Assembly: GCA_963740315.1 (NCBI GenBank)
Contig: CAVUDP010000002.1
Coordinates: 3,488,001-3,552,000, forward strand
Reading direction: 5' to 3'
Origin: an uncultured cyanobacterium
GTDB taxonomy: Bacteria > Cyanobacteriota > Cyanobacteriia > Cyanobacteriales > Nostocaceae
DNA length: 64,000 nucleotides
Made by a program: the position numbers and the translations under genes. Positions 41,716-52,642 of the stretch are shown here, piece by piece. Within the stretch, counting starts at the first letter, position 1. Each line of letters opens with the position of its first letter. Below the pieces are notes generated by a model. That model was not told the DNA's origin. It made no database searches and worked only from the letters and a program-made list of their open reading frames with translations.

Positions 41716-43605
41716 ATGCTTAGTTCTCCCGATTTAAGCTTTTGTCAAATCTTAACTAGTAATACATTTAATCAACTAGGAGAATTATTGCAGCAAATGA
41801 TTCCTTCTGTGGGAAATGCAGCAATAACCTTGACAGAAGCTATTTTGGTACGCATCCCGACTCCAGGAGACTGGCAAACGCAACATTTTACGGTAGTGGT
41901 TTCCCCTGGATTTAGCGGTTTATTAGTAGGTTTACCACATCCCGCCACGGACACAAATGATAGCGATTTTTCCGTAAATGCGAAGCTGACGTTTGAACCA
42001 AAAGAAATCATTAAGTTTCTTAGAACATTAAGAGATTTGTTTGAAAATGATTCCTATACTTATCAAAAACTCGAACAATATTCTCAAATTCCCGCTCTTA
42101 ATGATGCCACACTGCAAAGTCAATTTACAGTGCTGTTGTTAAAACACTTAACCACACAGCAAAATCAAGCTAACGCATCAAATCCTACAAATCAAATTTC
42201 TTGCGAACACGTTGAAAACGCTCTGGAAAAACAGGTTGCTCAAGAAAAACTTTTAAATCAAGTTATAACTCAAACTCGTAAAAGTTTGGATATATCAGTA
42301 ATAATTGCAACTGCGATCGCTCAAGTAAGAGAGTTTCTAGAATTAGATAGATTAGTAGTTTACAAATTTAACGAACCAAACCAAAACGATCGCGCCTATT
42401 CTTTGCATCAAAATTTACCAAAACCACACCCCTATACTGGTTGTGTTGTTCATGAAGTTTTGGCTAATGATACCATCTTTTCGGTATTAAATTACTCTGA
42501 AGAAAGATGTTTTAACCCGTCAACTAAATGTTGGGATAAGTTTCGTCAAGGTTTCACTTTAGCTGTAAGTGATGTCGAAAAAACTTATGCTCTTCAAGAG
42601 TGTTTATTAAAATATTTAAAAGAAATTAGAGTTAGAGCAAAGTTTGCCGCACCCATTGTATTTGAAGATAAACTTTGGGGTTTATTAATTGCTCATCAAT
42701 GCGATAGTACCCGCGATTGGACAGAAAGCGAAAAAATCTTGCTCACTTCAGTTGCCGAACAATTAGCGATCGCCATTCACCAATCTGAGTTAATGCAATC
42801 TCTAAAGTCGGATAAATTGACTTTAGAACAACGAGTCGATCGCACAACAATTGAACTGCACGATGCTTTGGTAGCCGCAGAAGCCGCAAATCGTCTCAGA
42901 AATGAGTTTCTCGCCACTATCAGTCATGAATTACTAACTCCGTTAACCTATGTAATTGGAATGTCATCTACACTACTTCGTTGGTCTTTTGGTGAATTAA
43001 CTCAGCGACAGCGAAATTATCTGCAAACTATTCATGATAGCGGCGAACGTTTGTTAGCAATGATTAATGACATCTTAGAATTATCACAGGTAGAGGCAGG
43101 TAAAGCAGTTTTAAATATTACTGAGTTTTCTTTAACCGATACAGTCAGAAACATTATAAATAATGGTTTGGCGGAAAAAGCAATAAAAGAACAAGTAAAT
43201 CTCAAACTTGATTTGCAAATTAACCCCCAAAAAAACAAATTTACTGCTGATGTTAGACGAGTAAATCATATTTTATCCAATTTATTAACTAACGCGATTA
43301 AATTTACACCCGCAGGTGGTAGCGTTATTTTAAGAGTTTGGATAGAAGATCGAAATGCCGTATTCCAAGTAGAAGATACAGGTATTGGCATCCCCGAAGA
43401 ACATTTATCTTTATTATTTGAAAAATTCCATCAACTTGATACTCCTTATCGCAGAAGTTACGAAGGTACGGGATTAGGTTTAGCTTTAACCAAACAACTT
43501 GTGCAAATGCATCGAGGCAGAATTGACGTAGAATCTAAAGTTGGTACGGGTTCAATTTTCACCGTATGGATACCCAATCAGTTAGCAGTGAGCAGTTACC
43601 AGTGA
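41716..43605 (+). CDS. cikA: GAF-sensor histidine kinase, CikA-like (no C-terminal pseudo-receiver)
   Basis: N-terminal FTVVVSPGFSGLL region, GAF domain (DRLVVYKF...LWGLLIAHQC), FLATISHEL.TPL H-box, NAIKFT, DTGIGI, GTGLGLAL. Confidence 0.75.
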   Translation: MLSSPDLSFCQILTSNTFNQLGELLQQMIPSVGNAAITLTEAILVRIPTPGDWQTQHFTVVVSPGFSGLLVGLPHPATDTNDSDFSVNAKLTFEPKEIIKFLRTLRDLFENDSYTYQKLEQYSQIPALNDATLQSQFTVLLLKHLTTQQNQANASNPTNQISCEHVENALEKQVAQEKLLNQVITQTRKSLDISVIIATAIAQVREFLELDRLVVYKFNEPNQNDRAYSLHQNLPKPHPYTGCVVHEVLANDTIFSVLNYSEERCFNPSTKCWDKFRQGFTLAVSDVEKTYALQECLLKYLKEIRVRAKFAAPIVFEDKLWGLLIAHQCDSTRDWTESEKILLTSVAEQLAIAIHQSELMQSLKSDKLTLEQRVDRTTIELHDALVAAEAANRLRNEFLATISHELLTPLTYVIGMSSTLLRWSFGELTQRQRNYLQTIHDSGERLLAMINDILELSQVEAGKAVLNITEFSLTDTVRNIINNGLAEKAIKEQVNLKLDLQINPQKNKFTADVRRVNHILSNLLTNAIKFTPAGGSVILRVWIEDRNAVFQVEDTGIGIPEEHLSLLFEKFHQLDTPYRRSYEGTGLGLALTKQLVQMHRGRIDVESKVGTGSIFTVWIPNQLAVSSYQ

Positions 43606-43755
43606 GCAGTGAGCAGTTAGCAGTTAGCAGTTAGCAGTTAGCAGTTAGCAGTTAGCAGTTAGCAGTGAGCAGTTAGCAGTTAGCAGTTAGCAGTTAGCAG
43701 TTAGCAGTTAGAAATTCTACCCCCTCTACCCCCTCTACCCCCTCTACCCCCTCTC
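43579..43755. repeat. STRR (cagttag/cagtgag) about 19 copies, then (ctaccccct)n
   Basis: Direct reading; the array supplies the kinase stop codon. Confidence 0.92.
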
Positions 43756-43872
43756 TAATTATGAAAATAAATCAATATAAACCTCTACTTTGTTACAGGG
43801 AATATGTCTTCATGTAGATTATCAATTGTTCGTTATTGATTGATAATTGATAATTGTTCATTGATAATTCTC

Positions 43873-44289
43873 ATGGCAAACCTTGTTGAAACTGCTACCG
43901 AGGCAGGATTTAAGACTTTAATTAAAGCGGTGCAAGCAGCAGAATTAACGGATTTTCTGAGTGCTTCTGATGTATATACCGTGTTTGCACCTACTGATGA
44001 AGCTTTTGCTAAGTTACCCGAAGGTACAATAGAATCCTTGTTGCAAGATACCCATAAATTGAAACAGATTTTAACTTATCATATTGCATTTGGTGATGTT
44101 CGTTCCGATGATTTAGCGCAGATTGATGAAGTACCAACTGTTGAAGGTTCAGTTTTCGCGGTTGAATCGCAGTCAGGAAAAGTAAAGTTAAATGACGCGA
44201 ATGTTGTTCAAAAAGATATTTTGGCAGACAATGGTGTAATTCATGCGATCGATTCGGTTTTAATGCCCGCTATTATTGCAGGACATTAA
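43873..44289 (+). CDS. Fasciclin (FAS1) domain protein
   Basis: FKTLIKAVQAA, YTVFAPTDEAFAKLP, ILTYHI, ADNGVIHAIDSVL. Confidence 0.93.
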   Translation: MANLVETATEAGFKTLIKAVQAAELTDFLSASDVYTVFAPTDEAFAKLPEGTIESLLQDTHKLKQILTYHIAFGDVRSDDLAQIDEVPTVEGSVFAVESQSGKVKLNDANVVQKDILADNGVIHAIDSVLMPAIIAGH

Positions 44290-44346
44290 ATTATTATCAA
44301 TTATCAATTGTTCATTATTAATTGATAATTGATAACTGTTCATTGT

Positions 44347-45803
44347 TTATTGACCTAAAATACATCCCGTGCGTGGAGGAATATTTAATGATAATCCTGA
44401 ATCTGCTTGATGATTCAATTCCACCTTATCGGTAGCATACAAAAGCTTATTTGGTTGCGATCGCAAGTCATTCATATCTACATTGGCTGTTGCAGAAGAA
44501 GTACCAACGTTAACCGCCACAATCAATTCTTCTTTGTCTAAAGTACGTGCAAATGCATATACTTCCCCTTCTGCAAACAATACTTTATACTCACCAGTAC
44601 GCAAGCAGGGGTGAGCGTGACGCAAAGCAATTAATTCGCGGTGAGTTTTGAGAATTTCTTTATCCCAATTAGCTTGTAGCGGAAAACCGCGTCGCGAATC
44701 TGGATCGAGCTTACCCACCAAACCAACTTCATCACCATAATATATGCTAGGGGGGCCGGATAAGTTAGTAAAAGTAAAGTTGCTAATTCAACGCTTTTTT
44801 TATCTCCATCAGCAATACTAATTAAGCGTGCGGTATCATGAGACGCAAGTAAGTTTAATTGAGTCAGTTGAATTTCCCAAGGATAAAGCTTTAATACTTC
44901 TTGAATTTTTTCAGCGTATCCAACAGCAGATAAAGCCGGATATGGTTCATAGTCGCGGTCTTTTACCTGATCGAGAATAACGCGATCGCCAGCTGTAAAA
45001 GCAATGGTTGGTGCGGTAAATAAATAATTCATTACGCCGTCAAATTGACTACCATCGAGCCATTCACGGGCATCAGTCCAAACTTCACCAACGATATAAG
45101 CTTCGGGATTAATTGCTTTAACTCTTTCCCGAAATTCTTGCCAAAAACCAGGGGTTCTAATCTCGAAAGGAACGTCTAAGCGCCAACCATCAATACCGAA
45201 TTTTATCCAGTATTCGGCGATTTCCATAATATATTCCCTTACTTCGGGATTATCGTGATTAAATACCGGCAAAGCTCGATTTCCATCCCAACCTTCGTAG
45301 TTTGCAGGTAAATCGCCAGTATAAGGTGCAAGGGGCCAGCCTTGTATTTTAAACCAATCTAACCAAGGTGAATGCGGACCATTTTCTAAAATATCATTAA
45401 AAAAGAAAAAGCCGCGACTGCTGTGATTGAATACGCCATCTAAAACCAGCTTAATATCTCGTGCGTGAGCAGCTTCTAATAAATCTTTAAAAGCAGGATT
45501 TCCACCCAATAAAGGATCTACCTGATAATAATCATGGGTATGATAGCGATGGTTGCTAGCTGATTGAAAAATAGGAGTAAAGTAAATTGCATTAACACCT
45601 AAATCCTGCAAATAATCTAACTGTTCCATTACACCCCATAAATCTCCTCCTTTATAGCCTTGGAGTGTAGGCATTTCATGCCAATCTTCCCAACTTGCAT
45701 TATTTAATAAACGCTTGCGAGGCTCTTTACTAATCGCGAATCTATCTGGAAAAATTTGATAGAAAACAGCGTGCTTAACCCAGTCTGGTGTTTGAACTTG
45801 CAT
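44347..45803 (-). pseudogene. GH13 neopullulanase/cyclomaltodextrinase-like glycosidase split by a 1-nt frameshift (or sequencing error)
   Basis: FYQIFPDRF, GGDLWG, DGVFNH, GWRLDV, VGEVW, SHDTAR; restoring one base at about 44755 gives TYPGPPSIYYGDEVGL and joins ORF 44347-44721. Confidence 0.88.
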
Positions 45804-45968
45804 TTTTAACCCTGTATCTCTTCAGATGTCATATTTACAGATAACGGGTTCAAAGCAACTCACACCGTAGAAAGAGCTTTTAGTGAAAATTAGTTTGTAC
45901 AGAGTTTTTATAACCAGCGAGCAAGATGCTCGCACTCCCGGATATTTCTCATAACTTATGTGGCTCCT

Positions 45969-46560
45969 TACTACTAGTCTTCAAAAGTTTTGCTGGGCAA
46001 AAAGGTTCGTAGTAAGAGTTTTAACTCTCCGGATTTGGGGAACCTAAACCCTTACTACAAACCCTTTAAAATTAATGCAAAGGACTACTACTAGTCTTCA
46101 AAAGTTTTGCTGGGCAAAAAGGTTCGTAGTAAGAGTTTTAACTCTCCGGATTTGGGGAACCTAAACCCTTACTACAAACCCTTTAAAATTAATGCAAAGG
46201 ACTACTACTAGTCTTCAAAAGTTTTGCTGGGCAAAAAGGTTCGTAGTAAACGCTTTAGCGTCTCCGGATTTAGGGAACCTAAACCCTTACTACAAACCCT
46301 TTAAAATTAATGTGGTGGAGTACTATTAGTCTTCAAAAGTTTTGACGAGTAATAAAAGTTCGTAGTAAGGGCTTTAGCGTCTCCGGATTTAGGGAACCTA
46401 AGCCCTTACTACAAACCCTTTAAAATTAATGTGGTGGAGTACTATTAGTCTTCAAAAGTTTTGACGAGTAATAAAAGTCCGTAGTAAGGGCTTCAGTTTC
46501 CTTCCATGCGAGGTAACGACTCCTCAGACAGGAGAGTTAAAACTCTTACTACGAACCTTT
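45969..46560. repeat. Tandem array of 117-119 bp palindromic MITE/REP-like units (4 full + 1 variant)
   Basis: Units start at 45969, 46086, 46203, 46321 and 46440 (tacta[c/t]tagtcttcaaaagttttg); the internal palindrome is gttcgtagtaag...cttactacaaac. Confidence 0.93.
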
Positions 46561-46606
46561 CTACCCGTTAGAATAAATCAAAAGAACAAAAAAAGGCGAT
46601 CGCATA

Positions 46607-47107
46607 TTAAATTATTGAAGCATCAGACATTATTTGATCCGATTCAGCTACCATTATTTGGTTTTTATTAGGTTGAGTGGTAGATTTTAGAGATTTTAAT
46701 TGCTGTAGTGCATAACTTTTATCTTGCGGTGATAAATCATCATTGTTTTCGATAGTCTTTTGAATTTGGGCAAGAAGTGCTTTCATTCGAGGTGAAGCAG
46801 CTTCTCGCGAATCCTCTATTTCATTCACAACGTTAGCAACATCACCGCTAGTTTTAGCAAAAACCCCTTCTTGATAATTATCATCACCAATCGAAATTCC
46901 CACAGCATCCCCTTGAGGATTAATTGTAATTCCATTATCTTCAGACATAATCTCTCCTATTTGTTGATAAATTTGTACAGATAAATTAGGCTTTTGCAGA
47001 GCAGTTTGTAATATCGTTTCTAAACTATGAATACGAGCATTTTTTTCATTTAGCTGAATTACTAAAATAAGTAATATAGCTATTAAAAAACATAGAATAG
47101 GAAACAC
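46607..47107 (-). CDS. Hypothetical membrane-anchored protein with a helical C-terminus like those of cyanobacterial pentapeptide proteins
   Basis: TM segment, then G/N-rich motif and LLAQIQKTIENNDDLSPQDK..AL; true start uncertain (possibly ATG at 47157 with a 1-nt indel). Confidence 0.55.
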   Translation of the reverse strand: MFPILCFLIAILLILVIQLNEKNARIHSLETILQTALQKPNLSVQIYQQIGEIMSEDNGITINPQGDAVGISIGDDNYQEGVFAKTSGDVANVVNEIEDSREAASPRMKALLAQIQKTIENNDDLSPQDKSYALQQLKSLKSTTQPNKNQIMVAESDQIMSDASII

Positions 47108-47186
47108 GGAGCAGGCAATAGGTAAACTTCCTAACTATTCTGGTAATTGCTATACATATTAAAGGTAATTTATAAAGTAAAGGTTA

Positions 47187-47340
47187 AGAGGATGTTTGAA
47201 AAGCTATTAATATAACTCGAACCTTTTTAGATCCCCCTAAATCCTCCTTTCATAAGGGGGACTTTACCCCCCTTTCATAAGGGGGGAAGGGGGGATAATC
47301 TGAGAATTGCGCTAAAAACGATACTTTTAAAACATCCTCT
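47187..47340. mobile_element. MITE-like element
   Basis: Terminal inverted repeats agaggatgtttgaaaag / cttttaaaacatcctct around ccccc...ggggg hairpins; no coding capacity. Confidence 0.75.
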
Positions 47341-47411
47341 AAGACTTAAGAAACCGGGTTTATATTTGGTAACTGATTACTGATTACTGATTACTGATTA
47401 CTCCCTCTGAC

Positions 47412-48773
47412 TCAATTTGAAACCTTTAATAAAGGATTCATAGACTGATTAAATTCACCATCTTTAAAACTTGCTTCCCAATTAGTAGGTAAACGTTGGG
47501 GATTTGGGTCTTCTGGAGTCGGTACCCGTAAAAATATATAATCACAATTGATGGGATATAGCAGAGTTTGTGGAGTTATATTCCAATCTTCTATATATGC
47601 TCCCGTCAAATTAGCGCTTCTTAAATCGGCTTTGTCTAATTGCGATCGCACTAGTTTAGCTCTAGAAATATCGGCGTTTCGCAAATTGGTTTCGGTGAGG
47701 TTTGCTCCAATAAAACTAGCATCTTTGAGATTTGCTCCTTCTAAATTAATTCCTCGCAAGTTCCAACCGTCAAATATTTTGTTTTGTAAATCTTTGTTGA
47801 CAACTATCTCGCGCATTTGAGCATTTTCTAAATAAGTTGTACTTACTGCTGCTAAATGCACTTTTTTAATTTCAAACCAGTTGGTGCGTTTAACTTTGGC
47901 TTTATTGAAATTAGCGCCCTTGAGTTTGGCTTGGGTAAAATCGGTATCAGTTAAATCGGCATGGCGAAAACTGGTACCATATCTGGTTATTAAAGAAATC
48001 GCCATCCTGCGGACAAAATTCTGCTTTCTATCTTCAGATATGGCACGACAACCGATATAAGCAGACAAAATTACTAAGATTAATGACACGGTACCAGCGA
48101 CTATCCCCGCTACCGGATTTACCATCATCGCATATACCGATACAATCCCAGCTATTATTCCCGCAACTGTGACGGCGATGATGACTGCGAAAATTCCAGC
48201 TATAGCTCCGGCGATCGCAGATGTAATTGTGACAAATACCGCTCCTACCGCAGTAACGATAACGGCTACCGTTCCCGTTGCTACCACCGCGACTATTGGC
48301 GCTATTTCATTTGCTTCTGACGAGAGCGCTAATCCACTCCAGACAACGGCTACAAACCCCGCCCACGCTACTGCGGTAACTACTGCTAAAGCTATGGCGA
48401 TCGCTAAAAATACGCAAGCTGCCAATAGTCCTTTACGGATGCTTAACAGAAAAAATACTGACAAAATTATTAAACAAGAAACACCCACATAAACATTATC
48501 GCGGGCACTATCAACTAAAATAAATCCTACTAGAGAACCACCAACAGCCGACATTAAACCACTGAGCGCCGATAGCAGTAGCGAAAAGAAAACTATAATA
48601 ATTGCCCAACGGCGTTGCAAACCCGCTTTTGTGTTGCTGAAGTTTCCACCTCTAAGAATAGCGTCAGTGAAGTCAGCGCCGCGAATGTCAGAATTAGAAA
48701 AGTCTACACCTGTTAAATCTTGTCCTTTAAATGATTTTCCTCTAAGTTTTGCACGGCGGTATTCTTGAGCCAT
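47412..48773 (-). CDS. Pentapeptide repeat membrane protein
   Basis: LRGKSFKGQDLTGVDFS, a long A/V/G-rich TM region, GTSFRHADLTDTDF, ANLTGAYIEDWNI. Confidence 0.88.
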   Translation of the reverse strand: MAQEYRRAKLRGKSFKGQDLTGVDFSNSDIRGADFTDAILRGGNFSNTKAGLQRRWAIIIVFFSLLLSALSGLMSAVGGSLVGFILVDSARDNVYVGVSCLIILSVFFLLSIRKGLLAACVFLAIAIALAVVTAVAWAGFVAVVWSGLALSSEANEIAPIVAVVATGTVAVIVTAVGAVFVTITSAIAGAIAGIFAVIIAVTVAGIIAGIVSVYAMMVNPVAGIVAGTVSLILVILSAYIGCRAISEDRKQNFVRRMAISLITRYGTSFRHADLTDTDFTQAKLKGANFNKAKVKRTNWFEIKKVHLAAVSTTYLENAQMREIVVNKDLQNKIFDGWNLRGINLEGANLKDASFIGANLTETNLRNADISRAKLVRSQLDKADLRSANLTGAYIEDWNITPQTLLYPINCDYIFLRVPTPEDPNPQRLPTNWEASFKDGEFNQSMNPLLKVSN

Positions 48774-49109
48774 TTTCAATTGCACGTCGATAGGGGACGT
48801 ATTTTTTAACTAAATATGAATTATAAACTCGCTTCCGTCTGAAGTCTAAAATAAAAGCCTTTGAGAAAGCTTGTTTTTCAGACTGCATAAACAAAGAGAC
48901 ATACAAATTTTAAGTTATTTGCTTAGAATCCTACCACAGCAATTTATTGGTAATTCTTATTTACATCTAAAACAAGACAAAATCGCGGACATAAATATCC
49001 GTCTAGCTAGGGTTAGGAGTCTCGCGTTTTATCAAAGCCTTATTCTTACTGCCTACTCCCTTGTCCTAATTACAATTATCAACGCCAAGCTACTTATACC
49101 TGCGGCTTA

Positions 49110-50081
49110 TCACTCAACTGGCTTAGTTTCAATTTTTAAGCCAGGTAGCCCCTCAAGTTTTTCGGCAGGCTCTTCTAATGAGGTGACTGGCACGAAAATA
49201 GTTAAGCTAGAGGGAATGCATTCAATTTCAATGGGAGTCGTACCAATAATTTCTCCATCCATCACAACTTTCTGCGGTGGTGAGGTGCTAACTTGCAAAC
49301 GTTTGGCTTGCAGATAGCCAATATCATCTCGTTTAGTCGCTTCGTCTCGAAACGCCGTTTGTAATAAATGGTAGGCTGATGCGATCGCCTCAATACGGTT
49401 GGCGGGAGCAACAATTGTGATATCTAATAAGCCATCGTCAGCAATTATACCTGCTGGTCCTTGAGCCAAAATCGAGGTAGGCGGGGCAGCATTGGCGATT
49501 GTTAACGCAGCAGCAGTAACGGTAATTACTTGCTCGTCCGTTTCTATTTTTGCCTCGAACTCAGAGGAGCCTAACTCTCGCAGTTTTTCAAGACCAGAAA
49601 GAACGTAAGCTAACATCCCATAACGATTTTTGGCTTCTCTGTCTGCACTTTCAACCGCTTCGGCTTCAAAACCTACTCCAGCTAGTAGTATCATTGGCTT
49701 ACCGTTACAGCGTGCCGAATCAATCACTCGTGTTTTTCCAGCTAAAATAGTTTGACAAGCCGCTTCGATTGTATCGGGAATTCCCAAAGCTGCTGCAAAA
49801 GCGTTTGCTGTCCCCCGTGAAATAATGCCCAAAGGAATCTTTGTCTCTACTAAAGCTTCTGTTGCGGCTGAAAGAGTACCGTCTCCTCCAGAAGCAATAA
49901 CGCTCTCAACACCATTAGCCACTGCTTGACGAGCTAATTCACCCGCATCAACTTCTTCGGTGGTGAACTGAATATCTAGCTTTATTTCTGGCTCTAGAAG
50001 CGAACGGATTTGCTTTAAATCTGCTTCTGAGTCGCCTTGACCGGACACTGGGTTAAAAATAAGACAAGCTGAACGAGTCAT
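49110..50081 (-). CDS. YegS/Rv2252/BmrU family lipid kinase
   Basis: LIFNPVSG, ASGGDGTL, RGTANAFA, AGVGFEA, DDGLLDI, MDGEIIG. Confidence 0.92.
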   Translation of the reverse strand: MTRSACLIFNPVSGQGDSEADLKQIRSLLEPEIKLDIQFTTEEVDAGELARQAVANGVESVIASGGDGTLSAATEALVETKIPLGIISRGTANAFAAALGIPDTIEAACQTILAGKTRVIDSARCNGKPMILLAGVGFEAEAVESADREAKNRYGMLAYVLSGLEKLRELGSSEFEAKIETDEQVITVTAAALTIANAAPPTSILAQGPAGIIADDGLLDITIVAPANRIEAIASAYHLLQTAFRDEATKRDDIGYLQAKRLQVSTSPPQKVVMDGEIIGTTPIEIECIPSSLTIFVPVTSLEEPAEKLEGLPGLKIETKPVE

Positions 50082-50606
50082 TAATTATGAATTCCTAAAA
50101 CAGCAGATTTTTAGTTAGATTTTTAGTTAGATATTAAGCTCTAATGCCTCGAATTAATCTAAAATTTAGGAATTTTTGCATGAGTTGAAAAGCCTAATCT
50201 ACTCTAATAATTAATTAGACATTATTAAACTCATTTACTCTTCTATCTTAAGTATCAATCTATTGCAATTAATGTGAACCCATCAATTAGGTTTTTTTCG
50301 CAACGCCGCTTTTTATCCGTTTTTATCTTCTCCAAACTAAAGACAATCCATATTGTTTAATGTATTAAAAAAACCGATGCTTGACAAGGCAGCGCGTTGA
50401 GGAACACGCACCGTTGTAGCGACTGCCGCGCGGAGAGCGCAGAGAAAGAGATAGAAAGAGAAGGAAGTAAAAGAGATTTAAAACGTTATTTCTGAAGAGT
50501 TTTTTATTTTATTCCAATTATCTGGGATAATAAATCCAGTTTTTCTATTTTCAGAACATTTTCTAATAAGAACAGTTAAAATGATAGCAACAAAAAATTT
50601 TTATAA

Positions 50607-51770
50607 ATGTCTAAAATAATTCAAAGATTTAAAAACTGGATTTTTGAAAGTCGTAGCTTTTTGTTTTCTTGGTATAGCAAAGACCGCAATCAAATACAAG
50701 AACCAGTAAAATCTCTAGTTGAATTACCTCCATCTGTAATAGAAAAATTAATTGCAGCAACAGAAAAATTATCTGATAATCCTACAGATACTGAAGCAAT
50801 TCGCTCTTGTATTGATGAAGCATTTGAACAATGGCGCAACTGTCCTAAAAGTGCGGAAAATTCAATTGTGATTTTGAGCAGCCCCGTAATGGTAGTATCG
50901 CGTATTATCATGACGATTCTGGAAAAATGGGCAACAGAAAAACAGGTATCAGTTAAAATATTACCTTGGAATTCTAGACCAGCAAACCCAAATTCGATTC
51001 AATCAAAACTACAGAAATACTTAGAACAAGAAACAGAAGAAACTGCCAACGAACAAACACAAGTAATAGTTATTCCTAACTTAAGCTGGTGTTTTCTGCG
51101 CTCGATGGATGGTTTGGATGGGATTGATTATTTACAAAAAATGTTATTACACAATCCTTCTCGATTTTGGATAATCGCGACGGGTGAAATTACTTGGGAG
51201 TATTTAAATTCAATCTCCGATATCGAAGCCGATTGCGGTGGAGTTTTTTGTTTACCAAAACTCAAAAGCGACAGTTTACGGCATTGGCTCAAACCGATTT
51301 TATCAGAATTAAATATTACTTTTGCCGATCCGCGCTTAGAATCACAGATTTTAGGAGGAGATCAAAATGCGGAAACTATCTACTTTGAAGATTTAATCTC
51401 GGTTTCCACAGGAGTTAGTGTTATTGCCTTACAAGCTTTTCTCGCTTCGATTTGTTATGATCCCGGCGAAGAGAATCAACAACAAGCAATTCTCCAAGCT
51501 CAAAGCCCAGAATTACCGAACTTACCACACTTAGAATCAGTAGATCATTATCTATTATATTTTTTATTGCTGCATGGAGATATAACTTTACCTGCTTTGG
51601 CTCATAGTATCGGAGATAGTGAATCCAAAGTACGCAAAAGAATTAAATTTTTACATGGTGAAGGTTTAGTTAAGGAACAGGACGAAATCTTAAAAGTTAA
51701 TTCGATTTACTATCCCAAATTGAAACAAGAATTGCTCAATAACAACTTTGTGATTAATGAGTTTAACTAA
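50607..51770 (+). CDS. Hypothetical protein (degenerate P-loop-like core with C-terminal winged helix)
   Basis: VIVIPNLSWCFLRSMDGL, FWII, and LLLHGDITLPALAHSIG...L..EGLV; translationally coupled to the MscS gene. Confidence 0.6.
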   Translation: MSKIIQRFKNWIFESRSFLFSWYSKDRNQIQEPVKSLVELPPSVIEKLIAATEKLSDNPTDTEAIRSCIDEAFEQWRNCPKSAENSIVILSSPVMVVSRIIMTILEKWATEKQVSVKILPWNSRPANPNSIQSKLQKYLEQETEETANEQTQVIVIPNLSWCFLRSMDGLDGIDYLQKMLLHNPSRFWIIATGEITWEYLNSISDIEADCGGVFCLPKLKSDSLRHWLKPILSELNITFADPRLESQILGGDQNAETIYFEDLISVSTGVSVIALQAFLASICYDPGEENQQQAILQAQSPELPNLPHLESVDHYLLYFLLLHGDITLPALAHSIGDSESKVRKRIKFLHGEGLVKEQDEILKVNSIYYPKLKQELLNNNFVINEFN

Positions 51771-52642
51771 TGTTTAAATATTTGAATTTGCTTGTTTTAG
51801 CTCAATCTACGGGAGATGCTGCTCGGCAAACTACTGAAGAAACAAAAGAAATTCTTACCAAAATTACTACTTGGAAGGTTGGTCAAGGGTTAATAATTAT
51901 ATTACTGTCTTATGTGACTTTAATAGTAATTAACAAGTTGATTGTTTGGATTTCCGAGCAAATTGGTAGGGAATGGCGATTACAGGTTAAACAATTTTTG
52001 CCCTTTTTGCGTACTGTTATTTTAACCATAACCATCGTGACTTTGATGAACTTGTTTCTCAATCTATCGCCACAAAATATAATTGCTGTAACTGGTGCGG
52101 TAGCAGTAGCTTTGGGATTTGCTTTTAAAGATTATGCCAGTTCGATTATTGCAGGTATCGTAGGCATATTTGAAGGTGCCTATCGAATTGGCGATCGCAT
52201 CAAAATCGGTGAGGATTATGGAGAGGTAGTTCGTTATGGATTGCGGGGAATTCGCCTCAAAACGCCTGATGATAATCTTGTTACTATCCCCCATAATAAA
52301 ATTTGGACGGAATCGATCTCTAATGCTAATGCAGGAGAATTAGAAGCTCAGGTAATCACTGAATTTTATTTTGCTCACGAAGTAGATACTCTATTAGTCA
52401 CTAAAATTTTGCATCGAGCGGCGCATACGAGTAGATATACACAATTAAAAATTCCTGTCGCTGTTGTCATAGAAGAAACTCCCTATGGAACTCACTTCAA
52501 GCTCAAAAGCTATCCTTTAGATGCAAGAGATGAATTTACTTATAAAACTGACCTAATTAATAAAGCTAAAACAGCCTTTGCTAAATACAATCTAGCTTAT
52601 CCTCGCTTGCTCGATCTCGAACAAAAACAACTGGGCAGTTAG
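51770..52642 (+). CDS. MscS family mechanosensitive channel
   Basis: VALGFAFKDYASSIIAG, YRIGDRIKIG..YGEV...GLR..RLKTPDDNLVTIPH. Confidence 0.92.
   Translation: MFKYLNLLVLAQSTGDAARQTTEETKEILTKITTWKVGQGLIIILLSYVTLIVINKLIVWISEQIGREWRLQVKQFLPFLRTVILTITIVTLMNLFLNLSPQNIIAVTGAVAVALGFAFKDYASSIIAGIVGIFEGAYRIGDRIKIGEDYGEVVRYGLRGIRLKTPDDNLVTIPHNKIWTESISNANAGELEAQVITEFYFAHEVDTLLVTKILHRAAHTSRYTQLKIPVAVVIEETPYGTHFKLKSYPLDARDEFTYKTDLINKAKTAFAKYNLAYPRLLDLEQKQLGS

Noticed and set aside
43816..43870. Fur-box-like GATAAT repeats before the fasciclin gene
   Set aside because: Better explained as ttgataa heptamer STRRs, which recur after the gene at about 44290-44345
45969..46560. CRISPR array
   Set aside because: Whole 117-119 bp units are repeated with no unique spacers, and there are no cas genes in the window
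48871..49317. 148 aa + strand ORF
   Set aside because: TTG start, half antisense to the lipid kinase, no recognisable motif
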